Shown: positions 42,969 to 54,114, counted from the stretch's first letter. The stretch: DNA of 64,000 nucleotides from an uncultured delta proteobacterium (GCA_963832165.1 CAWHTE010000003.1:160001-224000); one strand, 5' to 3'. Notes: generated from the sequence alone by a model not told the origin. Numbers and translations: made by a program.

Positions 42969-43048
42969 GCGCCGAGGCTCTGCTATTCATCGCTTTCGAA
43001 GTCATGCACTCCCGAAGGGAGTGGACCTCGAGACGGTATACTGCTTCG

Positions 43049-44203
43049 ATGATCGTCGCGGTAGATGCATCGAACCTGCGAAGCGGGGGCAGCGTCACCC
43101 ATCTCTCGAGCATCCTGCGCGCCGCCGATCCCGCGGCTCACGGCATCAGCGAATTCCGGGTCTGGGCGCACCGCGAGATGTTCGATCGGCTCCCGCAGCG
43201 CCCGGAGGTCAAGGCGTTTCACGTGCCCATGCTCGACCGCGCGCTGCCATGGCGGCTCTACTGGCAGGCAACGCGGTTTCCGCGCGTAGCGAGGGGATGC
43301 GACGTCCTGTTCGTCCCCGGTGGCAACACTCCGTATCGAGTGACGCCCTTCGTGACGATGTGCCGGAACATGCTCCCGTTCGAATGGAGCGAGACCCGCC
43401 AGTACGGTTTCTCGCGGGAGGCGTTGCGGATCCTGTTGCTGCGGCTCGGCCAGCTCCGCAGCTTCCAACGCGCCGATGGTCTGATCTTCCTGACGGGCTA
43501 CGCACGCGACGTCGTCGCGCCCCTGGTGGAAGGCTGCGGCGCAGTGCGCATCATCCCGCACGGAGTCGACGAGCAGTTTCGCTCGGCTCCCCGGCCCCAG
43601 CGCGCGCTCTCCGATTGCTCGGCATCGGATCCGTTTCGTCTCCTCTACATCTCCACCATCGACGTGTACAAGCATCAGTGGCACGTGGCGGATGCGGTCG
43701 CGGGGCTGCGGCGCCGCGGCTTCCCCGTCGCGATCGATTTCGTGGGTACTGCGTATGGTCCGGCGCTGCGGCGCTTCCGCAAAGTGCTGCGGCGCCTCGA
43801 TCCGGGAGCGGAGTTCCTGCGCTATCGCGGTCCCGTCGCGTTCAAGCAGCTGCCCGAGCTGCACCGGCAAGCGGACGCGTCGGTGTTCGCCTCGAGCTGC
43901 GAGAACATGCCCAACATCCTGCTCGAAGCGATGGCTGCGGGGCTTCCCATCGCGTGTGGCCGGCGCGGCCCGATGCCCGAGATCCTCGGCGATGCGGGGA
44001 TCTACTTCGATCCGGTGCGGCCCGACGAGATCGAGAAGGCGCTCGAGACGCTGATCACCGATCGCGACCTTCGGGACCAGTTCGCCGCGCGCGCGCACGC
44101 TCGCGCGCGGGACTTCTCGTGGGAGCGCTGTGCACGCGAGACGCTCGAGTTCGTCGCCGAGATCGGCAGAGCCTCGCGAGCGGCCCGCCGCACGAGTGCC
44201 TAG
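43049..44203 (+). CDS. GT4 glycosyltransferase
   Basis: DASNLRSGGSVTHL, YKHQW, ENMPNILLEAMAAG. Confidence 0.9.
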   Translation: MIVAVDASNLRSGGSVTHLSSILRAADPAAHGISEFRVWAHREMFDRLPQRPEVKAFHVPMLDRALPWRLYWQATRFPRVARGCDVLFVPGGNTPYRVTPFVTMCRNMLPFEWSETRQYGFSREALRILLLRLGQLRSFQRADGLIFLTGYARDVVAPLVEGCGAVRIIPHGVDEQFRSAPRPQRALSDCSASDPFRLLYISTIDVYKHQWHVADAVAGLRRRGFPVAIDFVGTAYGPALRRFRKVLRRLDPGAEFLRYRGPVAFKQLPELHRQADASVFASSCENMPNILLEAMAAGLPIACGRRGPMPEILGDAGIYFDPVRPDEIEKALETLITDRDLRDQFAARAHARARDFSWERCARETLEFVAEIGRASRAARRTSA

Positions 44204-44219
44204 GGCGGGAGCAGAAGGC

Positions 44220-46355
44220 TCATTCCCGCAGGTCGGTCGCCCGGCCCGCACGCGACGGATCGGCCGCGCGCAGCGTCGCCCGCGACGTCGCGATCAAATC
44301 CTCGAGTGTGAACGGCGCGGGGCCACCCGCGCGCACGGCGTCGAGCACCTGCTGGATCGCGGTGTCCTGGCCCTTGTCCTGATTGATCGTCTTCAGGCGC
44401 TTCCCGTCCGGCAGCCGTGTCTCGCGGAAGTTGTCGCACGACGCGGTCCGGCCGTCGGCGGAAACCTCGAAGCGCTCTTTGGGCAGCGAGGTGCTCGCGT
44501 TGGCGAGATAGGCGATCGTCGCCGTCGAGCCATCGCCATAGCCGAGCACGAGGACGGTCGAGTCCTCCGCCTCGGGATCGCGGCCCAGGCAGCGCGCGAA
44601 CACGCTCGTGGGCGGAGCGCCGACGAGGAATCCGCATAGATCGACCATGTGGCAGGCCTCTCCCACGACGCGGCCTCCGCCGACCGCGGGGTCGAGATGC
44701 CAGGTGCCTCCGGGCGTGGGTCCCGCGGCGACCGTGTACTGAATCGCCATCGGTCCGCCGCGCTTCGCGAATGCGGCGCGGATCGCCTGCGCGTGGCTCG
44801 AGAAGCGGCGGTTGTAGCCGACCGCGAGGAAGCCCCGGGTCTCGCGGACCGCGTTCGCGAGCGACTCGAGCTGCGCCTCGTCGAGCGCGACGGGCTTCTC
44901 GAGCCAGACGGCCTTTCCGGCGCGCAGCGCCGCCTCGGCCAGCGGCGCATGGCTGTCGTGCTGCGTGGCGATGAAGACGAGATCGACGGCGTCGTCGTCG
45001 AAGACGGCGCGCGGATCGGTTCCGCAGCTCGCATAACCGAACTTCTCGGCGCTGTGGCGCGCGGAGGCTCCGGTCGCCGTCACCACGTGGAGCCGCTTCA
45101 CGCCGCTCGCGCGCCCGACCGCGGGAATCAGCACGGACTTGGCGTAGTTGCCCGCACCCACGAACGCCACGCCCACTTCGCCGCTCTTCTTGGGTGCCGC
45201 GGGCGCGAGGTCCAGCTGGGCTCGCGCGGTCGCGACGGCGCCGTAGCGGAAGATCACCGCGAGTCCGCGGCGTTTTCCCTCTGCGAGATCCTCGTAGGCG
45301 ACTTCCGCGTCGGCGAAGTCGACGGTCCGCGCATCGAAGCGACCCGGATCGATCGAACCGGCTGCCGCGAGCGCGAGGAAGGCCTGGAGATTGCGGTTCT
45401 CGGTCCAGCGCACGTATGCGATCGGGTAATCGAGCCCAACCTCCTCGTAGCGCCGGTCGTAGCGACCGGGCCCGTAGGACATGCTCATGCGCAGCTCGAG
45501 CTCCTTCTCGTAGAACGTGCGCCGATCGAGATCCATCGCGGTCGCGCCGACGGCGGCCACGCGACCCTTCGCGCGGCAGAGCTCGGCGGCGAGCTGGAGC
45601 GGCGCGGAGCTCTCCGAGGCGGCGGTGACCAGCACGAGGTCGGCGCCGTGGCCGCCCGTGGCATCCGCGATCCAGCCGGTGTGATCGGCGTCGGGGCGCG
45701 CGCCCCATTCCGCGCCCTGATCGAGCGCCTGCTTGACGCGCGCCTCGTCGAGGTCGATGCCGAGCACGCGGCAGCCGTTCGCGCGCAAGAGCTGCACCGC
45801 GAGCTGACCGATCAACCCGAGCCCGATCACGGCCGCCACCTCTCCGAGCGTGGGTGCTGCGACGCGCAGCCCCTGGAGCGCGATCGCGCCTAGCGTCGCA
45901 AACGCGGCCTTCTCGAGCGGGAGCCCGTCGGGCACGCGGGCCACGAGGTTCTCGGGCACCACGACGAACTCCGCGTGGTTCGCATAACCCGCACCCGCGC
46001 ACGCCACGCGATCGCCCGGAGCGAAGCCCGCGACGCCCGCGCCCACGGCCTCCACGATGCCGGCGCTCGAGTAGCCGAGCGGCTGCGGTACGTCCAGGCG
46101 ATTCATCACGGCCCGGTACGTGGGCAGCGGACCCTCCTGCTGCACCTTGCGCAGCACCTGACGCACCAGATCGGGTCGGCTGCGCGCCTTGCCCAAGAGG
46201 CTCTTGCGCGCGAAGTCGATCGCCATCTTCTCGGTTCCGGGCGACACCACCGAGAAGTGGTTGCGCACGAGGACCTGACCCGGCGCGAGCGACGGCACCG
46301 GCACCTCGATCAGCTCGAGCTTTCCGGTCTTGGGACTCTGCACGATCTGTTTCAT
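44220..46355 (-). CDS. Bi-domain oxidoreductase (MDR plus Gfo/Idh/MocA)
   Basis: SPGTE, LGYSSAG, GLGLIG, SYGPGRYD, RWTENRN, GAGNYA, EKP, GYNRRF. Confidence 0.92.
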   Translation of the reverse strand: MKQIVQSPKTGKLELIEVPVPSLAPGQVLVRNHFSVVSPGTEKMAIDFARKSLLGKARSRPDLVRQVLRKVQQEGPLPTYRAVMNRLDVPQPLGYSSAGIVEAVGAGVAGFAPGDRVACAGAGYANHAEFVVVPENLVARVPDGLPLEKAAFATLGAIALQGLRVAAPTLGEVAAVIGLGLIGQLAVQLLRANGCRVLGIDLDEARVKQALDQGAEWGARPDADHTGWIADATGGHGADLVLVTAASESSAPLQLAAELCRAKGRVAAVGATAMDLDRRTFYEKELELRMSMSYGPGRYDRRYEEVGLDYPIAYVRWTENRNLQAFLALAAAGSIDPGRFDARTVDFADAEVAYEDLAEGKRRGLAVIFRYGAVATARAQLDLAPAAPKKSGEVGVAFVGAGNYAKSVLIPAVGRASGVKRLHVVTATGASARHSAEKFGYASCGTDPRAVFDDDAVDLVFIATQHDSHAPLAEAALRAGKAVWLEKPVALDEAQLESLANAVRETRGFLAVGYNRRFSSHAQAIRAAFAKRGGPMAIQYTVAAGPTPGGTWHLDPAVGGGRVVGEACHMVDLCGFLVGAPPTSVFARCLGRDPEAEDSTVLVLGYGDGSTATIAYLANASTSLPKERFEVSADGRTASCDNFRETRLPDGKRLKTINQDKGQDTAIQQVLDAVRAGGPAPFTLEDLIATSRATLRAADPSRAGRATDLRE

Positions 46356-46366
46356 GGCACTGAACT

Positions 46367-47848
46367 CTATCGTTCCGCCGGCCGCTCTACGTGACCTCGC
46401 CAGCCCGGGTGCGCCACGAACACGCGCTCGCCTGCGATTTCGTCGAGCCGCCGCGCGACCGAGCCCGCATCGCTGCGCACGACTTCCACGACGCGCACGT
46501 CTTCGGGGTCGCGCACCGCGCTCACGCGCAGCCGCTCGCCCGCCATCGCCTCGCGGATCTTCGGAATGCGCCGCTCGTCGAAGCCGATCAGACGCAGCGC
46601 AGCGAGGTCGATCGCCACGGGGTCGGTCGCCGCGAGCACCGCGCCGAGCGGTACGTCCGCGGGCGCGAGCGGTCCCTCGCCCTCACCCGCGACGACCCCG
46701 TCGAGCACGGTGAGCACGGTGCGCACGGGCGCGGGCGCATCGAAGCGGGCTCCCTGGGCGTCGCTGTAGTAGAAGCAGCGGTTCAGGTCGATGCACATGC
46801 GCCAGGTGGTCTGGTTGCCATGCCAGTTGCCGCTGCGGATGAACGCGTCGCCGCGGGTCGCGAACTCTGCGCGGCGCGCCCAGCGCAGCACGCGCGTCGC
46901 GAGGCCGCGCGCGAGCAGCGGCCGCGCGAGCTCTGCGGCGCGGCTGCGCACGCGGTCGATCCAGGCGCTGCCGGGATATTCGTCGCCGCCCTCGGCGACC
47001 CCGCCGACGCAGTGGTGCGGCAGCAGGTTCTTGTCGCCGTTGATCCCCACGAGGTTCTTCAGCGCCAGCGTCACCCCGGTCTTCTTGTGCGTCTTGAGCT
47101 TGGGAAGGTTCACGAGCAGATCCGCGCGCAGCGCCGTCTCCGAGAGCAGGTACTCGTTCCTGCCTCCGAGATGGTGCGCGGTGGTCGGACCGGGATCGTA
47201 GTCGGCGCCGCGAAAGCGCTGCGGATCGAGACCGGACCCCTCGAAGCTGCTGTGCGAGCCGAGGTCGATCAGTCGATAGCCGGCCGGATCGCCCGGCAGC
47301 TCGCGCCGCGCGACGATCACGCCGTCTCGATAGGTCACGCATTCGCGGCGCAGGTCGATCACCTCGAGCTCGAGCTCGAGCGACTCGTAGAACACGACGA
47401 GCTCGCCTATGCCCGCGAGCTCGCAGATGCGATCCCAGTCGCAGTCGTGTTGAGGTGCCTCGGCGATCGCGACCGAGCCCGCGGGACCCGCGGCGAGGAA
47501 CGCATAGTCCGCGACCGCGCGCAGGATCGACCCATGCGTGACGAGCGACTCGGCGCTGCCGGCCGGGTTCGGATTCCAATGCCGGATGAAGTTGGGCTTG
47601 AGCACGATCCGGGCGCCCGAGGCCACGAGACTTCCGAGCGGATTCCAGTCTTCGCTGCCAAATCGCGCAGCGTCGAGCCCGAGCGCCGCGAGCGCCTCGC
47701 GAACCGCGGCATAGACGTGATTGTGCGCGCCCTCGCCGGAGCGGTCCGCGAGCAGGGGCCAGAGCTCGGGATAGGCCTTGCCCGGACCATAGGGCGGCTC
47801 GAGGCCCGCGTAGTGCGGCTCGGTGCGGCTGAGTCCGACGCGGATCAC
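46367..47848 (-). CDS. DUF362 family protein
   Basis: IVLKPN, NLPKLKTHKKTGVTLALKNLVG, DGVVAGEGEGP, DPVAID. Confidence 0.88.
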   Translation of the reverse strand: MIRVGLSRTEPHYAGLEPPYGPGKAYPELWPLLADRSGEGAHNHVYAAVREALAALGLDAARFGSEDWNPLGSLVASGARIVLKPNFIRHWNPNPAGSAESLVTHGSILRAVADYAFLAAGPAGSVAIAEAPQHDCDWDRICELAGIGELVVFYESLELELEVIDLRRECVTYRDGVIVARRELPGDPAGYRLIDLGSHSSFEGSGLDPQRFRGADYDPGPTTAHHLGGRNEYLLSETALRADLLVNLPKLKTHKKTGVTLALKNLVGINGDKNLLPHHCVGGVAEGGDEYPGSAWIDRVRSRAAELARPLLARGLATRVLRWARRAEFATRGDAFIRSGNWHGNQTTWRMCIDLNRCFYYSDAQGARFDAPAPVRTVLTVLDGVVAGEGEGPLAPADVPLGAVLAATDPVAIDLAALRLIGFDERRIPKIREAMAGERLRVSAVRDPEDVRVVEVVRSDAGSVARRLDEIAGERVFVAHPGWRGHVERPAER

Positions 47849-47855
47849 GCGCCGC

Positions 47856-48554
47856 TCAGACCGGCACGTACCGCGACAACAGGTTCACGACGCGCGGCGC
47901 GAGGTCGCGGAACGCGCTCTCGGCTTGCTCCTCTTCCCCGGCAGTGAGCGGGATCGTGAAGCGCACGAGCGCACCGTCCGTGCGTCCGTGGAGGGCGCGG
48001 TCCAGGCCGACGTACAAGACCTTCTGCCAGTCCTCTGCGATGAAGCGCCCCTGCATCTGATACCAGTAGTAGACGAGCTGACGCGCGGGTCCCTTGGCGA
48101 TGATCAGGCGCTTGGCTTCGGCGCGCGGATCGGAGACGCCGTCGATTGCGAGCGGCACCGTGCGGTTGTCGATGATGTCCCATCCCGAGCCGGGCAGGCA
48201 GTGCGCCGGCGGATGGATCGAGTTCTCGCCGGCTCCGCCACCTTCCTCGCGCACCTGCGTGGCGTGATATCCGACGTAGAGGCCGATCAGGCGCGGAGGA
48301 GCTTCCGCGGTCGCCGGTTCCGCGGTCGTCGCTTCCGCCTGACGGAAGTACTCGCAGATCAGGGTGTCGGTGGCGCCGAGGTTCCTCTTCACGTCGGGCG
48401 CGAGCGGCTCGTTGCGCGCGCAGCGCCAGTCTTCGATCGCGAGCGGGAAGGACGCGAAGCTGTCGCGCGGCGGGATCACCGCGTCGCGGGCCATGAAGTT
48501 GTAGATGTAGATGTTCAGTCCCAGGAACGCGATCGCGACGGCCAGCTTGATCAT
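47856..48554 (-). CDS. epsI: EpsI family exosortase-associated protein
   Basis: FPLAIEDW, LYVGYH, IHPPAHCLPGSGW, VYYWYQ, RTDGALVR. Confidence 0.9.
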   Translation of the reverse strand: MIKLAVAIAFLGLNIYIYNFMARDAVIPPRDSFASFPLAIEDWRCARNEPLAPDVKRNLGATDTLICEYFRQAEATTAEPATAEAPPRLIGLYVGYHATQVREEGGGAGENSIHPPAHCLPGSGWDIIDNRTVPLAIDGVSDPRAEAKRLIIAKGPARQLVYYWYQMQGRFIAEDWQKVLYVGLDRALHGRTDGALVRFTIPLTAGEEEQAESAFRDLAPRVVNLLSRYVPV

Positions 48555-49448
48555 GCCCGCGCCTTTCTCCGATTGGCCAGCAATCGCTGCACGTACGTGA
48601 TCGAGGTCGCCTCGAGCATCAGCAGCGCGAATGCCATTCCGAACGTGAAGAATCCCTCGGTCTGGTGGATCGCGCCGTCGGCCATCTGCGGCCCGTAGCG
48701 ATACGTGAGCAGACTGGTCAGCGCGACGCGGAACGCGTTGACGATCACCGCGATCGGAATCGTCGAGGCGACCAGCACGATTCGCTCGATCCACGACTTG
48801 CGAAAGAAGTACGCGAACACGATGCCGAGCGTTCCGAGCGCCATGAGCGATCGCAGCCCGCTGCACGCCTCGGCGACGAACAGCTTCGTGTTGGGCAGGT
48901 GCAGGATGTTCCCCTCGCGCAGCACCGGCATATCGAACAGGTGCATGTGCGTTGACCGCGAGGTCGGCGGCGATCAGCTGGAGCGGGAACGCGATCACGT
49001 TCACGAGGGATTGGGGCAGCGGCACCATCAGGAACAGGAAGCCGAGCGGAAACGCGAGCACGCGGCTCATCGGGATGCCGAGCAGCAGCAGCTGGAGGCC
49101 GATCAGCGTGAGCACGAAGGCGACGCGCATCGACATCTGCTCGACGCCGAGCCGGCCGATCGCGAGTGAGAGCGCGCCGAGCGCGAGCGGGATCACCCCA
49201 TACCAGCTCGGCTCGATCGGCGCGCGCGCGAGCTTCTTGCGGCGCTCCCAGAGGAAGTACGCGGACAGCGGGGCGATGAAATAGCCGTGCGAGTAGTCCT
49301 GGCCCTGCCCCCACTGCAGCCACATGTAGTAGAGGATGGGTGAGAAGATGACGAACGCGATCACGCTCGTCGCGACGGCGCCGATGATCGCCATGCGCCG
49401 AGATCCGATCCCGGCACGCAATGCGCCCGTGTCGACCTCGGTCGTCAA
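48551..49448 (-). pseudogene. Exosortase (EpsH/Xrt family); +1 frameshift at 48946-48947
   Basis: YSHGYFI and FLFLMVPLP in one frame; REGN, VAEACSGLRSL (Cys), NAFRV (Arg), IHQTEG (His) in the next frame. Confidence 0.9.
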
Positions 49449-49455
49449 GCGGACC

Positions 49456-49629
49456 TCAGAACAGCGCGTAGATGAACGGGGCGACCGCGGAACCCTCGGT
49501 GAGCACGATCAACACCGAGAGCAGGAGCATCGTGACCACGATCGGTCCGAGCCACCACTTCTTGCGGACCTTCATGAAGGACCACAGCTCCCCGAAGATC
49601 GCCATGCGGCCGCCTTTTGCCTGTGCCAT
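49456..49629 (-). CDS. DUF5989/SxtK-like small membrane protein (57 aa; not in ORF track)
   Basis: Manual translation: MAQAKGGRMAIFGELWSFMKVRKKWWLGPIVVTMLLLSVLIVLTEGSAVAPFIYALF*. Confidence 0.9.
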   Translation of the reverse strand: MAQAKGGRMAIFGELWSFMKVRKKWWLGPIVVTMLLLSVLIVLTEGSAVAPFIYALF

Positions 49630-49683
49630 TCCTTCCGTCTCCTGATTCTCGACGGCCCCAACCGATCGGCCGCGGTATCCGGG

Positions 49684-51424
49684 TCAATCGAGCGCGTACA
49701 GCTCGCGCCAATCGACGTCCTCGTGGAACTCGGGCTGATCCTGCTTGCGCAGGATCTGATTGCCGAGCACGAGCACGTCCATGTTGGTGCGCATGAAGCA
49801 GAGATAAGCGTCGTGCGGCGTGCAGACGATCGGCTCGCCGCGCACGTTGAAGGAGGTGTTGATCATCACGGGGCACCCGGTCTGGCGATCGAACTCGGCC
49901 AGCAGGTCGTAGAAATCGGCGTGCTGCGCGCGCGTGACCGTCTGGAGGCGCGCCGAGTTGTCGACGTGGGTCACCGCGGGAATCGTCGCGCCCCTCCTTC
50001 ACCGGGCAGACCAGCAGCATATACGGACTCTCTCGGTCGATCTCGAACCATTCCTGTGCCTTCTCGGCCAGGCAGGCGGGTGCGAACGGCCGGAAGCTCT
50101 CGCGGAACTTGATCTTGAGGTTGACGCGCTGCCAGTTCTCCCGGTTGCGCGCGTCCGCGAGGATGCTGCGGCTCCCGAGCGAGCGCGGGCCCCACTCCAT
50201 GCGCCCCTGGAACCAGCCCACCACGGCCTGCTCTGCGGCGAGCTGGCGGGCCGTCTCGCGGATCATCTCCTCGCGAGACAGGGTCTGGTAGGGCGCCCCA
50301 CGCTTGTCGAGGTACTTCCGGATCGCGGCGTCGGAATACTGCGGGCCCCAGTAGCAGTGATCCATCTGGAAGGCGCGCGGCTTGCCGAGCACGGCGTTGT
50401 ACGCGAACAGCGCGGCGCCGAGCGCTCCGCCGGCGTCGCCGGCTGCCGGCTGCACCCACAGATTCTCGAACGGCCCTTCGCGGATGATCCGGCCGTTCGC
50501 GACGCAGTTGAGCGCCACGCCGCCCGCCATGCACAGGTTCCGCAGGCCGGTGCGCTTGTGCAGATCGCGCACGATCGCGAGCACGATCTCCTCGGTCACC
50601 TTCTGGATGCTCGCGGCCATGTCCCAGTGGAACTGCTCCATCGGGCCTTCCATGTCGCGCACGGGGTGGCCGAACAGCTTCGCGAAGCGGTCGTTGGTCA
50701 TCGTGAGGCCGTAGTCGTACGCGAAGTACTTCATGTTCAGCTTGAACGACCCGTCGTCGCGCAGATCGACGAGCTCCTCGAGGATCTTCGCCGCGTATTT
50801 CGGCTCGCCATACGGCGCCGCGCCCATCACCTTGTACTCGGCGCTGTTCACCTTGAAGCCCAGGTAGTAGGTGAACGCGCTGTAGAGCAGGCCGAGCGAA
50901 TGGGGGAAACGGATCTCCTTGGTGAGCTCGAACGTGTTTCCGCGCCCGACGCCCTGGGTGGTGGTCGCCCATTCTCCGACGCCGTCACAGGTGAGGATCG
51001 CGGCCTCTTCGAACGGGGACGCGAGAAAGGCCGACGCCGCGTGCGACTGGTGGTGCTCGGCGAACAGCACTTCGCCCTGGTAACCGAGGTGTTGGCCGAT
51101 CAGCCGCGGGATCCAGAGCTTTTCCTTCATCCAGACCGGCATCGACTTCGCGAACGAGGGCAGCGAGCGCGGGAACGTCGCGATGTAGGTCATGAGGATC
51201 CGCTCGAACTTGACGAACGGCTTGTCGTAGAACACGGCGTAGTCGACGTCGTCGATCGAGATACCGGCGGCCTCGAGGCAGTACCTCACTGCCTGTTCGG
51301 GCAGCGCGGGGTCGTGGCGCTTGCGCGTGAAGCGCTCTTCGTGAGCTGCGGCGACGAGCTTGCCCTCGCACAGCAGCGCGGCCGCCGAGTCGTGGTAGAA
51401 CGCGGAGATTCCGAGGATGTTCAA
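49684..51424 (-). pseudogene. Carbamoyltransferase (SxtI-like NodU/CmcH family), copy 2; +1 frameshift near 49987-49994
   Basis: ILGISAFYHDSAA, HEERFTRKRHD, EHHQSHAASAF, FPHSLGLLYS, EYKVMG, KFRESFRPFAP; continues as TIPAVTHVDNSARLQT...NTSFNVRGEP in the next frame. Confidence 0.92.
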
Positions 51425-51466
51425 GGGCGTTCTCCAGTGGGAGCCGCTGCGCGGCTCCACTCGCCG

Positions 51467-51721
51467 TCAGCTCAAGAGCTTGGCACGCTCGAGATCGGTT
51501 CCGCCGCTCTCGCTCTCCCGCCAGGCACTCTCCTTGTGCCAGAGCGCGCGCTTGTCGAGTTGATCGCGTCGCCCGAGCGCCTGGACGATCGAGACCGGGC
51601 CGATCAGGACCAGATAGAACAGCACGAGCAGCAGCAGGGTCTGCACCCCTCCGAAGCGCCCGGCGATCGCCATCCATCCATTGAGGAGCCGCCGCCAGAG
51701 CGGGGTCTGCTCGCTGCTCAC
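51467..51721 (-). CDS. SxtJ-like small membrane protein
   Basis: WMAIAGRFGGVQTLLLLVLFYLVLIGPV...RRDQL...SAW; GGAGG RBS; adjacent to the carbamoyltransferase. Confidence 0.8.
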   Translation of the reverse strand: MSSEQTPLWRRLLNGWMAIAGRFGGVQTLLLLVLFYLVLIGPVSIVQALGRRDQLDKRALWHKESAWRESESGGTDLERAKLLS

Positions 51722-51763
51722 CTCGGCCTCCGATCCTGCCCTGTGCATCGGTGGCTCTCCCAT

Positions 51764-51985
51764 GAAGGGGGGGCGAGGGGAGGCCGGAGTATTACCCGGG
51801 GGTCCATAAATGGAAACAGATAGGAATCGCTAGTCCCTCGAACGAACATTTCTTCCCATCGAGTAAAAGATCTTCCCAGGCGTGGAAAAATATTACACAC
51901 TCCCGGCCTCGAGGTGCCGGGGTCGGCTGTTCCGGATCCGGCGCACCATTCGCTCATCCCACCTCGGACCGGAGCACACGCCCTC
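51764..51985. promoter_or_regulatory. AT-rich divergent control region
   Basis: Markedly lower GC at about 51790-51900; repeated TCTTCCCA, TATTAC and TGGAAA; lies between divergent operons. Confidence 0.55.
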
Positions 51986-53443
<1,458 letters not shown>

Positions 53444-53474
53444 GCGCTTCGCGTTTCTGGGGGTCGGTCGGGAC

Positions 53475-54107
53475 ATGCGTGTTCGGGAGAGTCGGGCGAG
53501 GGTCGCGCGAGTGTCGAGTATCGTCCGTTTGAGTGCGATCGCGGGCTTGTTCGCGATCGGCTGCTTCGGCCGGGCGCTCAGCACTCCGCCTCCGGATCCG
53601 ACTCCCATGGACCGCGCTCCGTACACCATCGGGGTTACGGACGTGCTCATGATCAACGTGTGGAAGAACCCGGAGTTGACGGTCGAAGCTGTTCCGGTTC
53701 GTGCGGATGGAATGATCTCGGTTCCTCTGATCAACGACGTTCAGGCCGAGGGTATGACCCCCGAGGAGCTCAAGGACGTGATTTCTCGCGAGCTCACGGA
53801 ATACATCGGGGAGCCCAACGTCACGGTCGTCGTGGTCCAGATGAACAGCCGCTTCGTCTCGGTGATCGGTGAAGTCGGGCAGGACACGCGTGTTCCACTC
53901 ACGCGCGACCTGCGCGTACTCGAAGCGATCGCGAGCGCGGGCGGCTTCGGTCCATTCGCGAACAAATCGGACGTGCGAATCGTTCGCCGCAATGCGGACG
54001 GTAGCGAGTTGGAGTTCCAATTCGACTACGGCGACTACATCCGGGGTCGAGCACCGGGAAGCAACATCGTGCTCCAGCACGGAGACACGATCGTCGTACC
54101 CGACTGA
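53475..54107 (+). CDS. wza: Short Wza/OPX polysaccharide export lipoprotein (start uncertain)
   Basis: Lipobox-like FAIGC; YTIGVTDVL, VRADGMISVPLI, one SLBB domain ending LQHGDTIVVP. Confidence 0.9.
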   Translation: MRVRESRARVARVSSIVRLSAIAGLFAIGCFGRALSTPPPDPTPMDRAPYTIGVTDVLMINVWKNPELTVEAVPVRADGMISVPLINDVQAEGMTPEELKDVISRELTEYIGEPNVTVVVVQMNSRFVSVIGEVGQDTRVPLTRDLRVLEAIASAGGFGPFANKSDVRIVRRNADGSELEFQFDYGDYIRGRAPGSNIVLQHGDTIVVPD

Positions 54108-54114
54108 GGCCAGG

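Noticed and set aside
48303..48328. Short tandem duplication (TAE-PA-TAE) in epsI
   Set aside because: Two copies in a low-complexity linker; no functional implication visible
47856..49448. 530-aa ORF as a natural exosortase-EpsI fusion
   Set aside because: Its middle is out-of-frame nonsense and the catalytic triad is in another frame; EpsI has its own ATGA-coupled start
49456..51721. Saxitoxin cluster, because of sxtI/J/K-like genes
   Set aside because: No sxtA, sxtG or other core genes; the context is entirely polysaccharide and exosortase
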